Source of the DNA: Fimbriosthenelais zetlandica
Taxonomy: Eukaryota
DNA: 64,000 bases
Reading direction: 5' to 3'
Assembly (NCBI GenBank): GCA_977030845.1
Contig: OZ365109.1
Location: 14,260,001 to 14,324,000 of the forward strand
The notes under the pieces are model-generated. The model had not been told where the DNA came from and ran no database searches. It saw nothing but the letters and a program-made list of their open reading frames with translations. The position numbers were made by a program, and so were the translations under genes. Positions 12,601 to 26,032 of the stretch are shown one piece after another. Within the stretch, counting starts at the first letter, position 1; each line of letters opens with the position of its first letter.

Positions 12601-14399
12601 ACTTTATGAATCCTTCATGCTCAAGCTGAATGAAATATAGAAAATTTACATAATTATACCATTAGGAATAATAATTCTAAATTCTAGCCTGTGTCAGCTT
12701 AATACAATCTCACTGGGATTGCTGCTGTTGAAATGATACATAATGCTTGGTCCTAACTTTTAGTAAGGTTGTCAAAATTTTGAAGAATTTCCGAAAGATA
12801 AGATACTATTTCAGAGTTTCCTGTTTTTTTCAGGAAAGGGTCCTATATGTTCTCTTTCAAAGAAGGTTTTTTTGCTAAAAGGAATAAAATGTCCAAGAAA
12901 AGATTCTTTTTCGGGAAAGACAATTTAGAAACAAGCATGATATCAACAATTACTTGCTACCTACATATTACAACTTAAAATATTTAATTAATCATTTCTA
13001 ACTTCGACAGAACACTGAGTTATGTGAGGACCTGTGTAACAAGTTACATAATAATAATGTACCTATTTTCCTACTTATCTTACAATATTTCACTATCTGG
13101 CAATATTTAGCTATAGGATGGTGAGTACGTTAGCAAATGTGGGTGGATATGGTTCCTTATTTTTAATATCAAGGTACGTGAAGACGAAGCAAAATTTAAT
13201 TGACAGAGCTGAGATCACTATAGAAGTTATTTTCAAGTTTTTTTCCAGGACCCTAAAATGAAATGCCTTCCCTTTCTGAACATTTCCTCAAAGGTATTCA
13301 TTCCATATGGAGGAAAAGTGTTCTCATATTTAGAATATTTAAAAAATATCAAATACCCAGCGTAAAATTAAGATTGAACAGGTGTTGCCATTCTAGAGAT
13401 AATCCATTACTTTGGTTTCAGGTTTTATAGTAAGAAGACTTTTATCTGGAAACGTCGTGTAATTTTCATCGAGAATAACTGAGCTACATGCAGTATGTAC
13501 GTTCTTGTAGACGACATATGCACTTCTGCAAAGCACCACTAAAATTATTATCCGCATGATAAAAACTAAACAAGCCTAATACAAAGAGATCTGCCAAAGA
13601 GAATTCGAGCTGAAATGAAAAACTAAAATATTGTCACATGAGGCTGGAAGCAAGGTAAGTACTCATTCCGATCAGCATTGCTTTATTTACGCCATAAGAG
13701 TGTTCAATATAGAGGCATTATTAAGACATGATTTCTTTACTTGAATGCACTATTTCTAGATACTTCTCAAATATCTTATTCTTTGGCCAGCCGTTTCTTA
13801 TAGCATATACTTACACATTGATGAATAACGTCATACAAATGTTATACCTAAATACATCAGAAGAGATAGTTGACTCGGTTAGTTTTGCTCAGTATTTTTT
13901 CTCTATTTTTCATGTTGGAATTGGTGATGCTAGAAAAGCATCAGACCAAGATTGATTGAATAATATCTTTTAGTGTTGATCCTGCGAGAATTAAAATGTC
14001 AAATGTTTCACTGATTCATTTTATACTGTTGTGGTGAATTGAACACTTGGACATAATATGTATGGAATTATGAAGATCGCATGCGCAGAATTATTCCAAC
14101 ATTCTACAGGCCCATGATAACCCCAAAACAATAAGCTATACTTACATCTTGTGATTTCAACCACCTTGCCAGTGGGTAGAATGCTCCTCCGGACGATAGG
14201 CACATTGGGTGTGATAACAATGTCTGTACATTTGAAGAACCTATACAACTGAGTACAAGAACACACACATAAAGATAAAGCAATTACTTCTTATCTATAC
14301 AACATTATGACATCTCTGGATTACTATCAGGAGAAGGTCAAAATGAAAATAGAGGCAATTACAGACAGCCAAAATCGATTGCCCTGCCACCTAGTGTAT

Positions 14400-15330
14400 G
14401 AAGAAAACCTCCGATTGAACTTCAGATGAAGACATGGCTACTTCCGGTTTTTCCGGTGTATTGCCATAGGTTGGAAGCGAGGAATACACAAACGGTCCAC
14501 AAAAAACCTTTCCCAAAGGTGTATGATGTCCCCCTTCCACTTTTCAGTGGATGACATGCCTTTTACATTCAGCTCTTCTCACACTAATTGCACAGGGAAG
14601 TCCTTTAATTCAGCCATGTTATTTATATCACTGTCCTTGGGTAGGCCTACCCTACCTATGAGGCCACATACACTTTGACTGGTGAGAAATACGAAGCGGA
14701 AATAGAGGCGACTCTTTAAAGCGCCACTGGCAATGACTGGTGTTAAGTGGGGAAACTATAATTGTTATCTGTAATTGCCTCTATTGACATGAGTATGAGA
14801 CTGAATGCTTATGAATTTTAAGTCATCACTATCAGGAAGACTAGTACCTTGTAGCATGGGGCTGTCAATAACCAACATGGCCCGAAAAAGATATACCATA
14901 GTGGATTACAATCGAAGCAGTGCTCTGGTTTGGAGTGATTTGTGATGTAAAGATGGGCTTTGTGACTTCGTAGGGAAGAGAATGTGCAGCATCCTCTTGG
15001 ATAAGATGTTTTAAGCCAGAGGCTGACAGCCGGACAGAGGTCAATCTGCAAAGGCCAAGACACTTTAGTCATCAACATATTACTAAAGGGCCATTAACTG
15101 GTTCATGGAAAATAAAAGTGGGCCCAAAATCAAACCATGTGGGACGCCAGTACCAATATTCATTGGGTCAGATAAGGAAGGATTAGCAAAGTGTTGTGTC
15201 TAAGATACTGTGGCAATTCCAGGAGGTATCACCCAAGCCAGCATTATGAGTTTTGATCAAAAGTATGTCCCGATGGAGAGTGTCAAACGCTTTCATGAAG
15301 TCTATAAATCTGTATTATTTCTCTAGATTT
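14400..15330 (-). mobile_element. Degenerate non-LTR retrotransposon (CR1/L2-like) reverse transcriptase fragment
   Basis: Minus-strand translation gives DFMKAFDTLHRDILLIK (~15300), GTGVPHGLILGPLLF and a broken YVDD (~15150-15070). These match RT motifs DFSKAFD, GVPQGSILGPLLF and YADD. Downstream RLYF and YSSLPTYGNT follow. Stops and frameshifts are present. Confidence 0.7.
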
Positions 15331-17649
15331 GGATTCATAATGGGTTGACCCTGCAAACTTCTGATATTGTCTTGGCTACTAAATGTGTTTTAGACATTTT
15401 ACTAAGTATTTTGCTTCTTACCTGTACACAAAACTTTGACCCTGATTGTAATAGTTTCCTCCCTCTTTCTAAGGCTCTTTCCAGCTCAGGCCGGATCATA
15501 GGATGGGAAGTGTCAATAAGTAAAGCCAGATCACCTGAAATATAATCTCTTGTACATGACCTTGTACTTCATTAGAGGAATAATGTATCTACAAGTTCTC
15601 TTAAAAGGATCTACAATATTAATACTACATTACAGGAAAGCTCTTTCATCATTCAACTAGATGGGCTCAGGAGGATATAATCATAAGAAATCCATGTAAT
15701 ACTCCTGGAATGCACCAACCTACTTTCCATGACTGTGACATCTGCTAGCATTCAAGGAAAAGATAGTAATTACATCATTCAAGTGAAACTTTGTATTGTT
15801 AACATACATTGCCATTCTAAATAATAACATCCAAAGTCTGCCAGAGAACTTGTGCACGCTTTCCCCCAAATTTAGCAGGACTTTTTCTATAATATCTATT
15901 GTATTCAATCATTAGCCTATGTAGCAACATATTTATCCAGAAGACAACCGCAATGCAGGTATAAGCTTACCTTCCCATTTCTGTTCGTTGCCTTGGTTTT
16001 CGTATTCATTTTGTTGTACATGTTCTGCCCATATCCTCAATAGTAATGGCACTCCGAGAAGTTCTTCATGTATTGAGTCTAAGTCTTCCACCGTGGTTAC
16101 ATTTATTTGGCTGAAAGATAGATAATTGAGACATTGTAAATATCAGACCACTGCCAGTGGTGGGGACATGAGACATGGTAAAAATCATGTTCAACAGGGT
16201 GGGTGGAAAGTCAGAGCATTCGATCGGTAACCTGATTGCATTTGCTTTGGGAGTACTTCATGCAACAGACCTAAAACCTGTCTTTACAAAATATATATGA
16301 GATGTCACAGAAACTCAGTATAATTATAGAAAATATCCTTTTTCTTGGCAGTTTGATTAGGAAAAAACCCACAATATCTGATAGTTTACTCTCCTTGCCA
16401 AGGACACAAGAACATACAGATGTACCCCTTTTCCTTTCTAGGTCTCAAATTTGAGTTGAAAGGAAATGAGTTTCATATGAGTTTCATATGAGCATATGAA
16501 ACAAACACAAATATTTGACATCATGCATTCTCCAGCTCATTACTTATGAGAAAACTATGATAATGTCAAATGAAAGAAGGATCCTGTTTGACGAATGTTC
16601 TAGCTTGGTTTTGATCAAGAACAGAGCTTCTACAGCTTATCCTTATCTGTTGTATGAGAGGAATGGTTGGGGTTAGATGCTTTCCCCCAGACCAATATAA
16701 GATCCTGTGTGAATGGCTGAACATGTGGGCCTGATGTTGCTCTAAGCTAGATTTCATGTTGAAGGAGATTATTCTGATAGAGACTTAAGATGGGAATGAG
16801 AGAATGAAAGCAGGGTGAGTGTCCTTAACCACATGCAGTGGGAGTTGCATGCGTGCATGCTTTCTCCACCCAATTCAACCAAGAAAGCCCATGTACTTTT
16901 AACCATTTTCATTTTTTCCATCTGTGAACTTACACTTTCCCATGTACATTTCCAAAAGTATAATTTTTACCCTTTTCATTATTAACCAATGATGTAGGTA
17001 AGGATATCGTTTAGTTTACAATGCGACGATAATATTCCAAAGATTAATATCGGCAAACATTTCTGACTATTTATAGTTGTCTGGCATTTAACTGCTGGGC
17101 AGGTATATAGTCCGGTAAAATGTTAGTAAGGAACACGGGTAAAAAAGGTGGAATGAGATGAACTTGGTACAGGTGTTTACCAGTGGGCTGGAGACTGATT
17201 TTTAAGGCTGAATATATGAGTCTAAATAAAAAATCCCATGTTAGCCTTAACCTTAATATTCAACCCATGAAACAGTTAACTTCAGGTACCCACACACTTA
17301 TCTAATTCTCTATCCGGCTCCATCCGATAGCTGACCGATAATTTTTTTCCTACGTGCATTATAGCTACTTCATGTGCTCTAGAACGTAACATCTAAATGG
17401 ATTAGTAAAGGAATTATAAAGAAAATAATGCCAGAAAAATGAATACAAGTGGCCAGAACTAATTAATACAAATGATAGACGGTCTGTCCACGCAACGATA
17501 GGGCAATAGGGACAGGGACAGGGCAATTGCCATAATAAAGATATACATGTTCAAAAACGATTCCACATTAATAATTGGAATCAGCCTGCCAAATTTGTCT
17601 CATATGGATCAGAGAGACCCCAACTACAGACCTTATAGAGGTATATGGG

Positions 17650-18700
17650 ATTAATTGGAGCATTTTTTGACAAAACAGTGCTTGAACAATTCAATTACCA
17701 GCAATTGTCCAAGCATTTTTTACAAGTAAACATCATTGTTCCAATGAAATCGCTCAAAGATTGGGTCCCCATAATTTACTTATACATCTCCTTGATAATA
17801 CATCAGGTCATCTGTTTGCAAGGTGGAAATCTCGGGGGAAATCTACGATAATTAATCCTCCCAGGGGTGACCAAAAACCAGTGTTGTGTAGCAGAACTTC
17901 TGCTGAGGCAACATGCCAGCAGACAAGCTGCTCTCAATGCTTGGGTTCAAAAACCAGGAAGTACTGCACCAAAGCATGTTTCCTGAATGCTCTTGTAATA
18001 AACTACCTAAGGGAAATAACATCCAGGTGTGACTGGAATGGCCTCCTGTGATTTGTTATCCAGGTGAACTTTATGACAGAGCCGAGACACTAAAAGCCCT
18101 TGAGGGTGCAAACCACTACCTGTAAACCACAGGGGATCATAGCTTTCAAGATGCAGTCTATAACACAACATAGCCAGGAGGAATATATAGACCAGTACAG
18201 TGAAACACTGCCTTTCTCAGAGGGGCCAGTTTAACTAAGGTTATTCACCTTGATTCTGTATAGGTCATAACTGGCAGTCGTTAACCACCATCCTTGCCAT
18301 GCCTGACATTTGATTGACGCACAAATTGAAGTGGCATTGACAAATAGAGATGAACAAGAAGTTTGAGTATAATTAACTGGTAGAATCATATCTTGTGGCA
18401 GGGGTCCATAGAGTCTGCATGTCTACTGTGAAAAAGTTGTTTACCAGCGTCATGAGGTGATGAGCATGCCTCAGTTTAGGGATGTGTTGTGGGTGTTTTC
18501 TTTCAGTAGGGTCGGTATACTGACTTCTCTGGCAGACAACCTTGAGCTAGGCTTTCTGACAAGGGGAACCAACCATTCATATAAATTAGCCATATTCTCA
18601 AAATTATAAGATTGAGAAATGGTATTCACCAGACCTTTTCCTTGACAAGTAACTTGCATTTCAAAACAAAAATTAGCCATGTACTGATTTTTCTTTTTGA
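17650..18700 (-). mobile_element. Highly decayed LINE (L2-like) RT fragment
   Basis: Minus-strand remnants RIKVNNL..LAP (like PKVN..LRPI) and IIVDFPRDFHLAN (like LIDFSKAFDLVD), with many stops. Confidence 0.35.
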
Positions 18701-18899
18701 AATAGGCCCCGGGTCTACCCTGTGTTCATCATTATGTTGTATATTCAGCTTGCCGTTGATTTTATTTGGGACGATATATATGCAACCAAATATTATGTAG
18801 GGATTGTGAGATCACTGTCTGAAAGCTTTCCAGTTCATTTGCAGTAAGTTCGTTTCCTCTTTTCGAAGGCTTGCATTCACAGGCTCCTCATTTCCCCCT

Positions 18900-19500
18900 A
18901 GGTGCTGTACAAGGAACTCGCCGACCCTCGCCATTGACGATTTACTTGTACAACACCCTGTAGATGTGGCACTTTGTTGTCTTCTACTCAAGTCAGAAAG
19001 AATGGTATGAATCTCATGGTCTTTGTGTCAAGAGAATCTGCTTAGATGCTGATAAGATAGAAGTGGGTAATCGACGTTTAGTAATCTTGTCTCTTTCATG
19101 TTTAGCTCGGTATGTTTTCAATCCCTTGGGCCATGTGCTACACGATTCCAGGGTAGTAGACTCAGAGAATGTGTTCAGAATGTCAGCCCTTCAGTGAGTG
19201 GGATTTTTCTGACTTTGTTCTTGGCACCAGTTCTGAAATGTGGTGTCTGAAGAAGAGGTCATTGAAGCAAACAGGGAAGAAAAGATAAATACATCAGTGA
19301 TACCTCTCAAGTTGGACAATTTTTCTGAACATTTTTTTTTCTGAATACCCTATGGAAGAGGAGCCTCTCCATTCAATAAATGGACATGGAAAGATGTCTC
19401 CTTGAGTGTAGGATTGCTAAGCCTCCAAATTCAAACAACTTCATTGTATCGCCCACAGTTATATATTGTAAAAGGAAACTATAAAGTCATGCATAAACGC
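18900..19500 (-). mobile_element. Highly decayed LINE (L1/Tx1-like) RT fragment
   Basis: Minus-strand remnants ITVG, TQGDIFPCPF (like QGDPLSPYLF), LFA..DTT and YYPGI (like YLGI), in the expected order but across frameshifts. Confidence 0.3.
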
Positions 19501-20349
19501 TGGAAGACATTTAGAAGGAAATCCTATATAGGCCTAAACCTGCTAGTATAGGTGACTATTGGATCCAAGTGCATAGGGCAAGGGGTGGAAACAGATGGAC
19601 ATCTGCCAAGGGCTCAAAGCCAGTAATCCTCTGTATTTACTGCTCGCGACCTAACTGCTCAGACCAACTGCCAAGAATTCATGCTGACCCCCGATGTAGT
19701 AGGCTGATAGGCCAGAATACCAGGAAATCCCACCCTCCATCTTCAACCATCGATACTGCAGACACAACTACCAGCTTTTTTCTCCCACAATTTTTATATA
19801 AAAGTCATGTTTATTTAAAAGGTGTTTAGGTATTGCTCATTTTATGTCAAGTTATTTTGCTTTCATTTACAAAACAAAACCATAAAATGCACTACACAGG
19901 ACGTGTTTCGAAGGTTTGTGTCTCAACAGAATTCAAAAAATTAACTGCATAGTAAACTCTTTAAATATTCGAGTATCTCGGCACTACTATAGTATACATG
20001 TAGAATAATCAAAGGTATTTTAATGGGCAAATTTGTATAGATAACAATATGTTTGATTTATTAACCGAAGAAACATTTCTTCAATTTCGTTACTGCCTTA
20101 ACCACGACAGAATAAATAACTGCTTCCGAAAACCTGTTAAAAGAAAAGGAAAAAAGGAAAAATATTGACCCATTAAGGCATCTCTTATAGCATTTATTTA
20201 TCCTTGCTTTTAGCAGTACCAGTCATCGCTTAGCCCACCCTGGTACTGCTTGTTAATCAAATACCCATTGATTTTCCTAACAGCAAACAAGAAAACAATA
20301 GCCTGGGGTGCTCTTTAAAGGCCTGGAGTATTTCCAGTATAACTAAACG

Positions 20350-20850
20350 CTCAAAATGTTATCTCGATTGAGGTTTATCCGAGGAAGCACTGAAGGGTGC
20401 AAAGGTTATGTTCGTTTAACTAGATCCGAAAGTCAACGACCAGTGTTTAGGGATCTATTCTGCCGGGGGCATCCCTTTCTTGTATACAGGAAAGACGAAA
20501 GGCATTACCCGCTACTCCATTTCAACCAGGCTCAATATCACAGTTTTACTGCTGCTTTATCGGTGTTGATCCCGTCTGTTTCAACCACCAGATATTCCAT
20601 TAAGATGAATAGCATGTGTAACGAAGTTTTGAGATAAATGATGTTGGTAATTTATGGGCAATCCTGAAACAGTTGAATTACACTTCATATCAAATATGAT
20701 GAACTTTGGGAACATGCTGTGCCAGCTTGAAGTATATAAGCAAGTTCAAAAGTTCAATAGTCAGCAATGGAAGAAGTTGGTTGAGTGGAGTCTATCCCAA
20801 ACGTTATGTGTTGGGGGGTCTCAAAATGTTAGCATTCTGTACTGACATTT
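20350..20850 (-). mobile_element. Decayed LINE fragment, N-terminal part of the RT region
   Basis: Minus-strand DGINT and FVFPVYKKGMPP..IP, resembling the conserved PDGI and V.PVYKKG....NYRPISL motifs of CR1/L2/RTE elements. Confidence 0.45.
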
Positions 20851-22062
20851 TCTCAGAGCCTTTATAGATGCATTACAGTCAAAATCGGTCTTTGCGCCAT
20901 GTCCAGGTATTCAGGCAGTAGATCTGCAAAGGGAAGCTCCCACGCAAACCGAGTTAACCAAGTATGTTGCTTACAGTTGAGTGTACCATTGTGCAGTGAT
21001 GTTATATATTAGGCCTATTATCACTGCACAATGTCAAGTGATGAAACAAAATCTGAACAAAATAATGACCTGAGTTCTAAAGAATTTCACTGCACATAAA
21101 CGTACATGTATGTCTGGTGAAATAGGCAGGTTGTACTTCTACAGTTTTTTTTGGCAGAACCGTCAGGGAAGCGGGTTAAGAGAAAGGTATGGCATGTTGA
21201 ACGGCACTTCCTTCTTGGCGGCATGTATATATAGGTAGGGCCTAAACTAGAATCTCATGCGTGTTTGGGTAGGGCAGGTTCCCCCGATTGTGCACATGAT
21301 GCTCACTATTTTCTCAAGCCCCTCCCAGATCCCATGACCTAGTAAAATCTTCTCCAGATTGGTGATCCAGATTGTTCTACGAGGCACCCCACAGGGTCAG
21401 CAGCCTTCATTGGCCAGTGTTTTCCTTTTTCGCTGGAGGAAATGAGTAATTGGATGGTTCGAGGAAACGCTGTTCGAGGAAACGCCGTTTTACATACATG
21501 GAAGTCATTGCTGTAGGATGAATTTTCTTACAGGAATGTTCTGCTAGTACCAATTACTACACTTTTCGAAGCCATTTGTTAAGCTAGGGTAAACCATAAA
21601 GCTCCAATCTGAGGCCATCTGTCTTGTCTTATCTCACGGCAAGCTTCATTCAGCCGTTACTGCGGTGAGCGCCCTCCACCACAGTATCGCAGTCGTCCAA
21701 CAGTTCAGATCTATGGCCTGAGCGCAAACCTCTGTGTATATTACTCTTAACAGATATATAGTAGCAGTTTCTAGGTACACCTGAATCATCCATATTGTTA
21801 GGTGTTTTCTGCTGATTACACATATGGCTTGCTTGCTGATCTCCTAGCTACTTCTTGCCTCTCCCCACGCCCTCTTCCTCTTACCCCTCCTGCTCCTCTT
21901 CCCTCCGGCAAGAATGAATCATAACATTGCCAACCTAGATTCCCCCGTCTTGCTTCCGGGTATGAGTAGACTTGCCAATGCATGTTTAAACATTAATGCT
22001 TTTCATTCCGTCTTTTTTGTACAATATTTATTTTTGTTATTTCATTTTGTTACAACAACAAT

Positions 22063-22440
22063 CTGGGGCCCGATTTCATGATCTCATCAGATCAAATTGA
22101 GGTCAGATTAAAAATCGGCATAATGTGTATGAAGATTAGAACATGATCGGCACAATCTGATCATGATCTGATGGCCACTAAGATCACTTTTAAAAAACGA
22201 AAATGATCTCATACGATCAGAGACGATTGGATGCCTTATAGTGGGGAGAAGTTTTCAGGAAAGATCTGTGTAGTGTGGATGGTGATCTGAGCTACACCAG
22301 ACCTTGATTCGACCAGATCTGACCCTATTATTATAGATCTGTACAGTGTGCATGTGATCTGGCATGTCAGATCTGATGCGATTTGGGGGCAGATCTTGCA
22401 TGTCATATTGCAACATTTGATCACAAGTAGATCGCCATAA
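22063..22440. mobile_element. GATC-rich non-autonomous DNA-transposon-like element (only the left end recognisable)
   Basis: Starts CTG-GGGCCCGATTTCA, similar to the end of the 37984 MITE. About 17 GATC sites in ~380 bp by manual count. No clear right TIR. Confidence 0.45.
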
Positions 22441-24172
22441 TGGAGGAGGCCTTGCGAATTGGGGGCGAATTATAGGCGCGAATATATTTGCAGAAAAATA
22501 TATAATGATTTTTATTTTGGAAGCGACTGCTTGCAAAGTGCGATTGACATTCAAGCAATTCAAACAATCTCATTTAAGCAATCTCAAGAGAATGCTTGCA
22601 GACATTCGCATGAGAAAGACATCTCACGCATTTGCAAGCAGTTCGCAGAAGCCCTAGAAGTGCAGAAGCCCTATACAGCTAAGCATATTTTTAGGAATCC
22701 GAGCTTTGAATATAATTGCTCGATTTGCTGAGCATTTGTGATAAGCTCATGCTTCAGTTGGTTTTTGTAGGTTGGTTATAGCTCATAGAATGATTGAATT
22801 AATAAATAGTCTAATTATTCCTGTATGATAGCTTGATATAATATAATACACGATTTTGAAGTGGATATGTAGAGAAACTATTTCACAAATTTTGTCGGTT
22901 ACAGAATCAGCATTTTTACTTTGAGGCCCATGCTTTCTTTGTAAAACAAAAGCATCACAATATTTGTGAAAAGTATTCTATTGAATGGTGCGGGTTTACA
23001 TATGGGAAAGCGATACATTGCCTCACGGTAGAGGGGCCTGAATCAGGACGAGTTCACTTGGTTCATTCACACGCCAGTATCAGGCAACTCAGGATTGATT
23101 TCCCTGTCCACCACATTGGTATGTTTCCACACATAATAAGATAGTAGTTCCCAGGTTGGGCCGAGAGCCCCTCAATATATATACACCCATCTGTCTGTCC
23201 GTCTATTCGGGTTCATCTTGGATGTTTATGCGGCTGCTTCCACATCGACTTGTGAGCGTTCCCTATAGCATTAACACCCGATATTAAGCTGTCAGCGCCG
23301 AGCCACTCGCCAGGTGTGGCTACATGTAAATAGGCCCTTTGGATATACTTTACTCTGAGTGTTTACTCATCGGCGAGCCGCATTCATTTTTAAAGTGTTT
23401 ATATAGACCGGTGATGATTTTCCAGACCTGAGATTTAGATTTTCACTAAATCTCAACTTGACTTGACAAGACACCTATTTCATCTGTCTGTCAGGTGTTC
23501 TGGTCGAATTTGCATTTTCTTGCTTAAATATGGGACTGGTATTTCTTGGTGCACAAAGGTGAATATTATGCATGACCACACAATTATTATGCAACAATTT
23601 AAGTGGTTTCTTAATATTTTATCAGTGATTGCTAAATGCGTAAATTTGAAAAGTTATATACATCACAGATGACCTTTGACACCAGATAAACTATTATAAG
23701 AGATGCTGTTGTAATTGACCCACCAGTACATGCTGAGTGGTCTTTATAATAATTTACAGCAAATCAGAGAAAGAGGGGTTTGCTTAGGCTAGAGAACTCA
23801 GATGTCATTTCTCAATGCAGTAGTAAAGAACTGATGATAATTCACTAATTATAGCTTCGTTCTACATTTATTTATTCAGGTATATTTGGCACTGTCTAGG
23901 CCACATAGAATCTTCTTTGGGATTTAAGTTGTTGTGTCTTCCATCTCAAACAATTTATGAGTTTGGGGTAAAAGGTGACTGGCAGACGTAGTGAGGGTGA
24001 CTAATATACAGGGTTCCTTCTTGGCTCTAGACACCACAACAGAGGATCTGCTGGAGGAGGCCTCAGTCAGCCTATACATTGCACTATTCCTACTGTACAT
24101 GTATGTACATAAGAAACATAAGATGACAGACTGATCCTAAGACTCTACGACCAGAGAAGCATAGATCTATTA

Positions 24173-24523
24173 GCCTCAACCCACTGAGCTACAATCTACC
24201 TACAATCTGCTTTAATACGAGCCAATTACAACAAAAGATTCAAAAGTACGTGAATAATCGTAGAGTTGGTACACTCCTACGATCATGTTTACGTCTGCTC
24301 TGCGATCTTCTTCATGGACGGAACATTGTATGTTCATATTAAGCATGTTCAATAAGATAGCGCACAAATCGTAGACTTTTCCTCGCAATAAGAACGTAGA
24401 TCGAACGCAAGCAGTCACGCTGTGGGTTCAGGCCAAATAAGATCGTAGACGAATCGTAGATTTTTCCTCGCAATAAGAACGTAGACTGAACGCAAAAAAT
24501 ATCATGAGCAGTGGGTTCATGCC
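24173..24523. mobile_element. MITE-like element with a tandemly duplicated right end
   Basis: Left GCCTCAACCCACTG is inverted relative to CAGTGGGTTCATGCC (24509-24523) and TGTGGGTTCAGGCC (~24421-24434). An internal direct repeat AATCGTAGA(C/T)TTTTCCTCGCAATAAGAACGTAGA occurs at ~24368 and ~24452. Confidence 0.5.
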
Positions 24524-25740
24524 ATAAACACACAGAACTGCAGCTGATGATGTGCATCCATTGGCAAGTGTTTGATCTGAGTGGTTTAGTAATAATTAAC
24601 CTTTCCTATCTTAATATCCATGATAGAGTATGTTCCACAGAAAGATCTACAGAAAGCTCATCTACCTCTCAACACATCACAGATACATTGAGAACGTCAA
24701 TGGTTTCCTTCACTATAATCTAACCACCCAGACCTCCTGGCAAGGATTGGTCAATGATCTGACTCACTGTCAGAATGAATCACAGTACACTGCAAATCAT
24801 TCAACAAAATCAGTCCATGAAGATAATAGCAAAATTTAGACGCTCACTAGCTTGAAATGTTAAGTCAGAACATCCGGTAGTCATCTTGAACAACTTTTGG
24901 AAAAACAAATTTGTCAGTCAGAAATTCAGAACATCCGGTAGACAAACTTGAACAAATTTTTGGGCTGAACAACCTAAAATGTTAACACCAAAGGCCATGC
25001 AGTTCAAGGACTGTGTACCAGCTCTCTGCTGAGGGAAATCTGTCCAATTTGTATGACAGTGATGAATTTCCACTGTTTCAGTACATTTAGAAGGAAATTG
25101 GCCCCCATAGAGTTAGGATACCTTGAGGTTGATCGCATCAATGGAAACTTGCAATATAATCAAAACCACATCAAGTATAGAAGAGACTCTACAGAAAAAT
25201 GTATATGTGCCTCTCGTATCTCGAATCTTCAGTGTCTCAAAATGTGCTCTTGATTTCATGATTTTCAGATTTCGTGTCGTACAAGGCAACCTAGCCTAGG
25301 AAAAGAGACGGTTATATAACTATTAATCTAAACATACAGAATAATTATGGAATGCCAATTAACCCATCAAAACAATTGCCTCACATATTACATAATGTAG
25401 TTCCTACAATATATATGACTTATTCCAGAAGCAGGAACTGGGATGAGTAGTAGGGGGATTGTACATGTTGTAATCCAAGCATCCAGCCCTACTTAGAGCC
25501 AGCATTTCTTTGTGTCCTCAAAAAATTACTCGCTAACGTACAATTACCCCCGACTCAGTTGCTATGGTACATACTCTGGAGTACAGGGGACCCTAGTGTT
25601 GATGGGGTGTTTGGATTATGGCATATGGACTATGCGTAAGCACGGCACTAATCTGTATAGGTTAGGGCTGTGCAAACCCAGGCTATTAATAACAGGAGGT
25701 GGTATAGTATCATTGAGGATGTCCCTGACTTCATACAATA

Positions 25741-26032
25741 CCCCCATTGCAGAAATTTAAGATGGCGGAAACGGGTTTGAGACAACCCTCGGAAATAAGT
25801 CTCCTAAGAGTGTTTCATCTCAGCTCAAATTGGAGATGACCCATGAATAACACCCTCTTAGTGCCATCTTAAGTCAGTTTTCGCCATTGGTTTCGCTATT
25901 ATCTTCTTAAGATGCGACAGCCGTTCTGCAATGCATCTCATGCCTACAAGATCCTTAGATTAAGACGCTCTTAAGACTGAACTTCTGCCATGGAACAAAT
26001 AAGACCCAAAGACAGAATTTCTGCAATGGTCC
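25741..26032. mobile_element. MITE with 14-bp terminal inverted repeats (PIF/Harbinger-like)
   Basis: CCATTGCAGAAATT (~25744) and AATTTCTGCAATGG (26016-26029) are perfect inverted repeats. Internal CTTAAG and AAGATGGC/GCCATCTT motifs are present. TAA follows the right end; the TSD is imperfect. Confidence 0.6.

Noticed and set aside
14150-14252. Minus-strand segment bounded by a plausible acceptor and a GTAAGT donor
   Set aside because: No identifiable product or partner exons, and it lies next to a LINE fossil.
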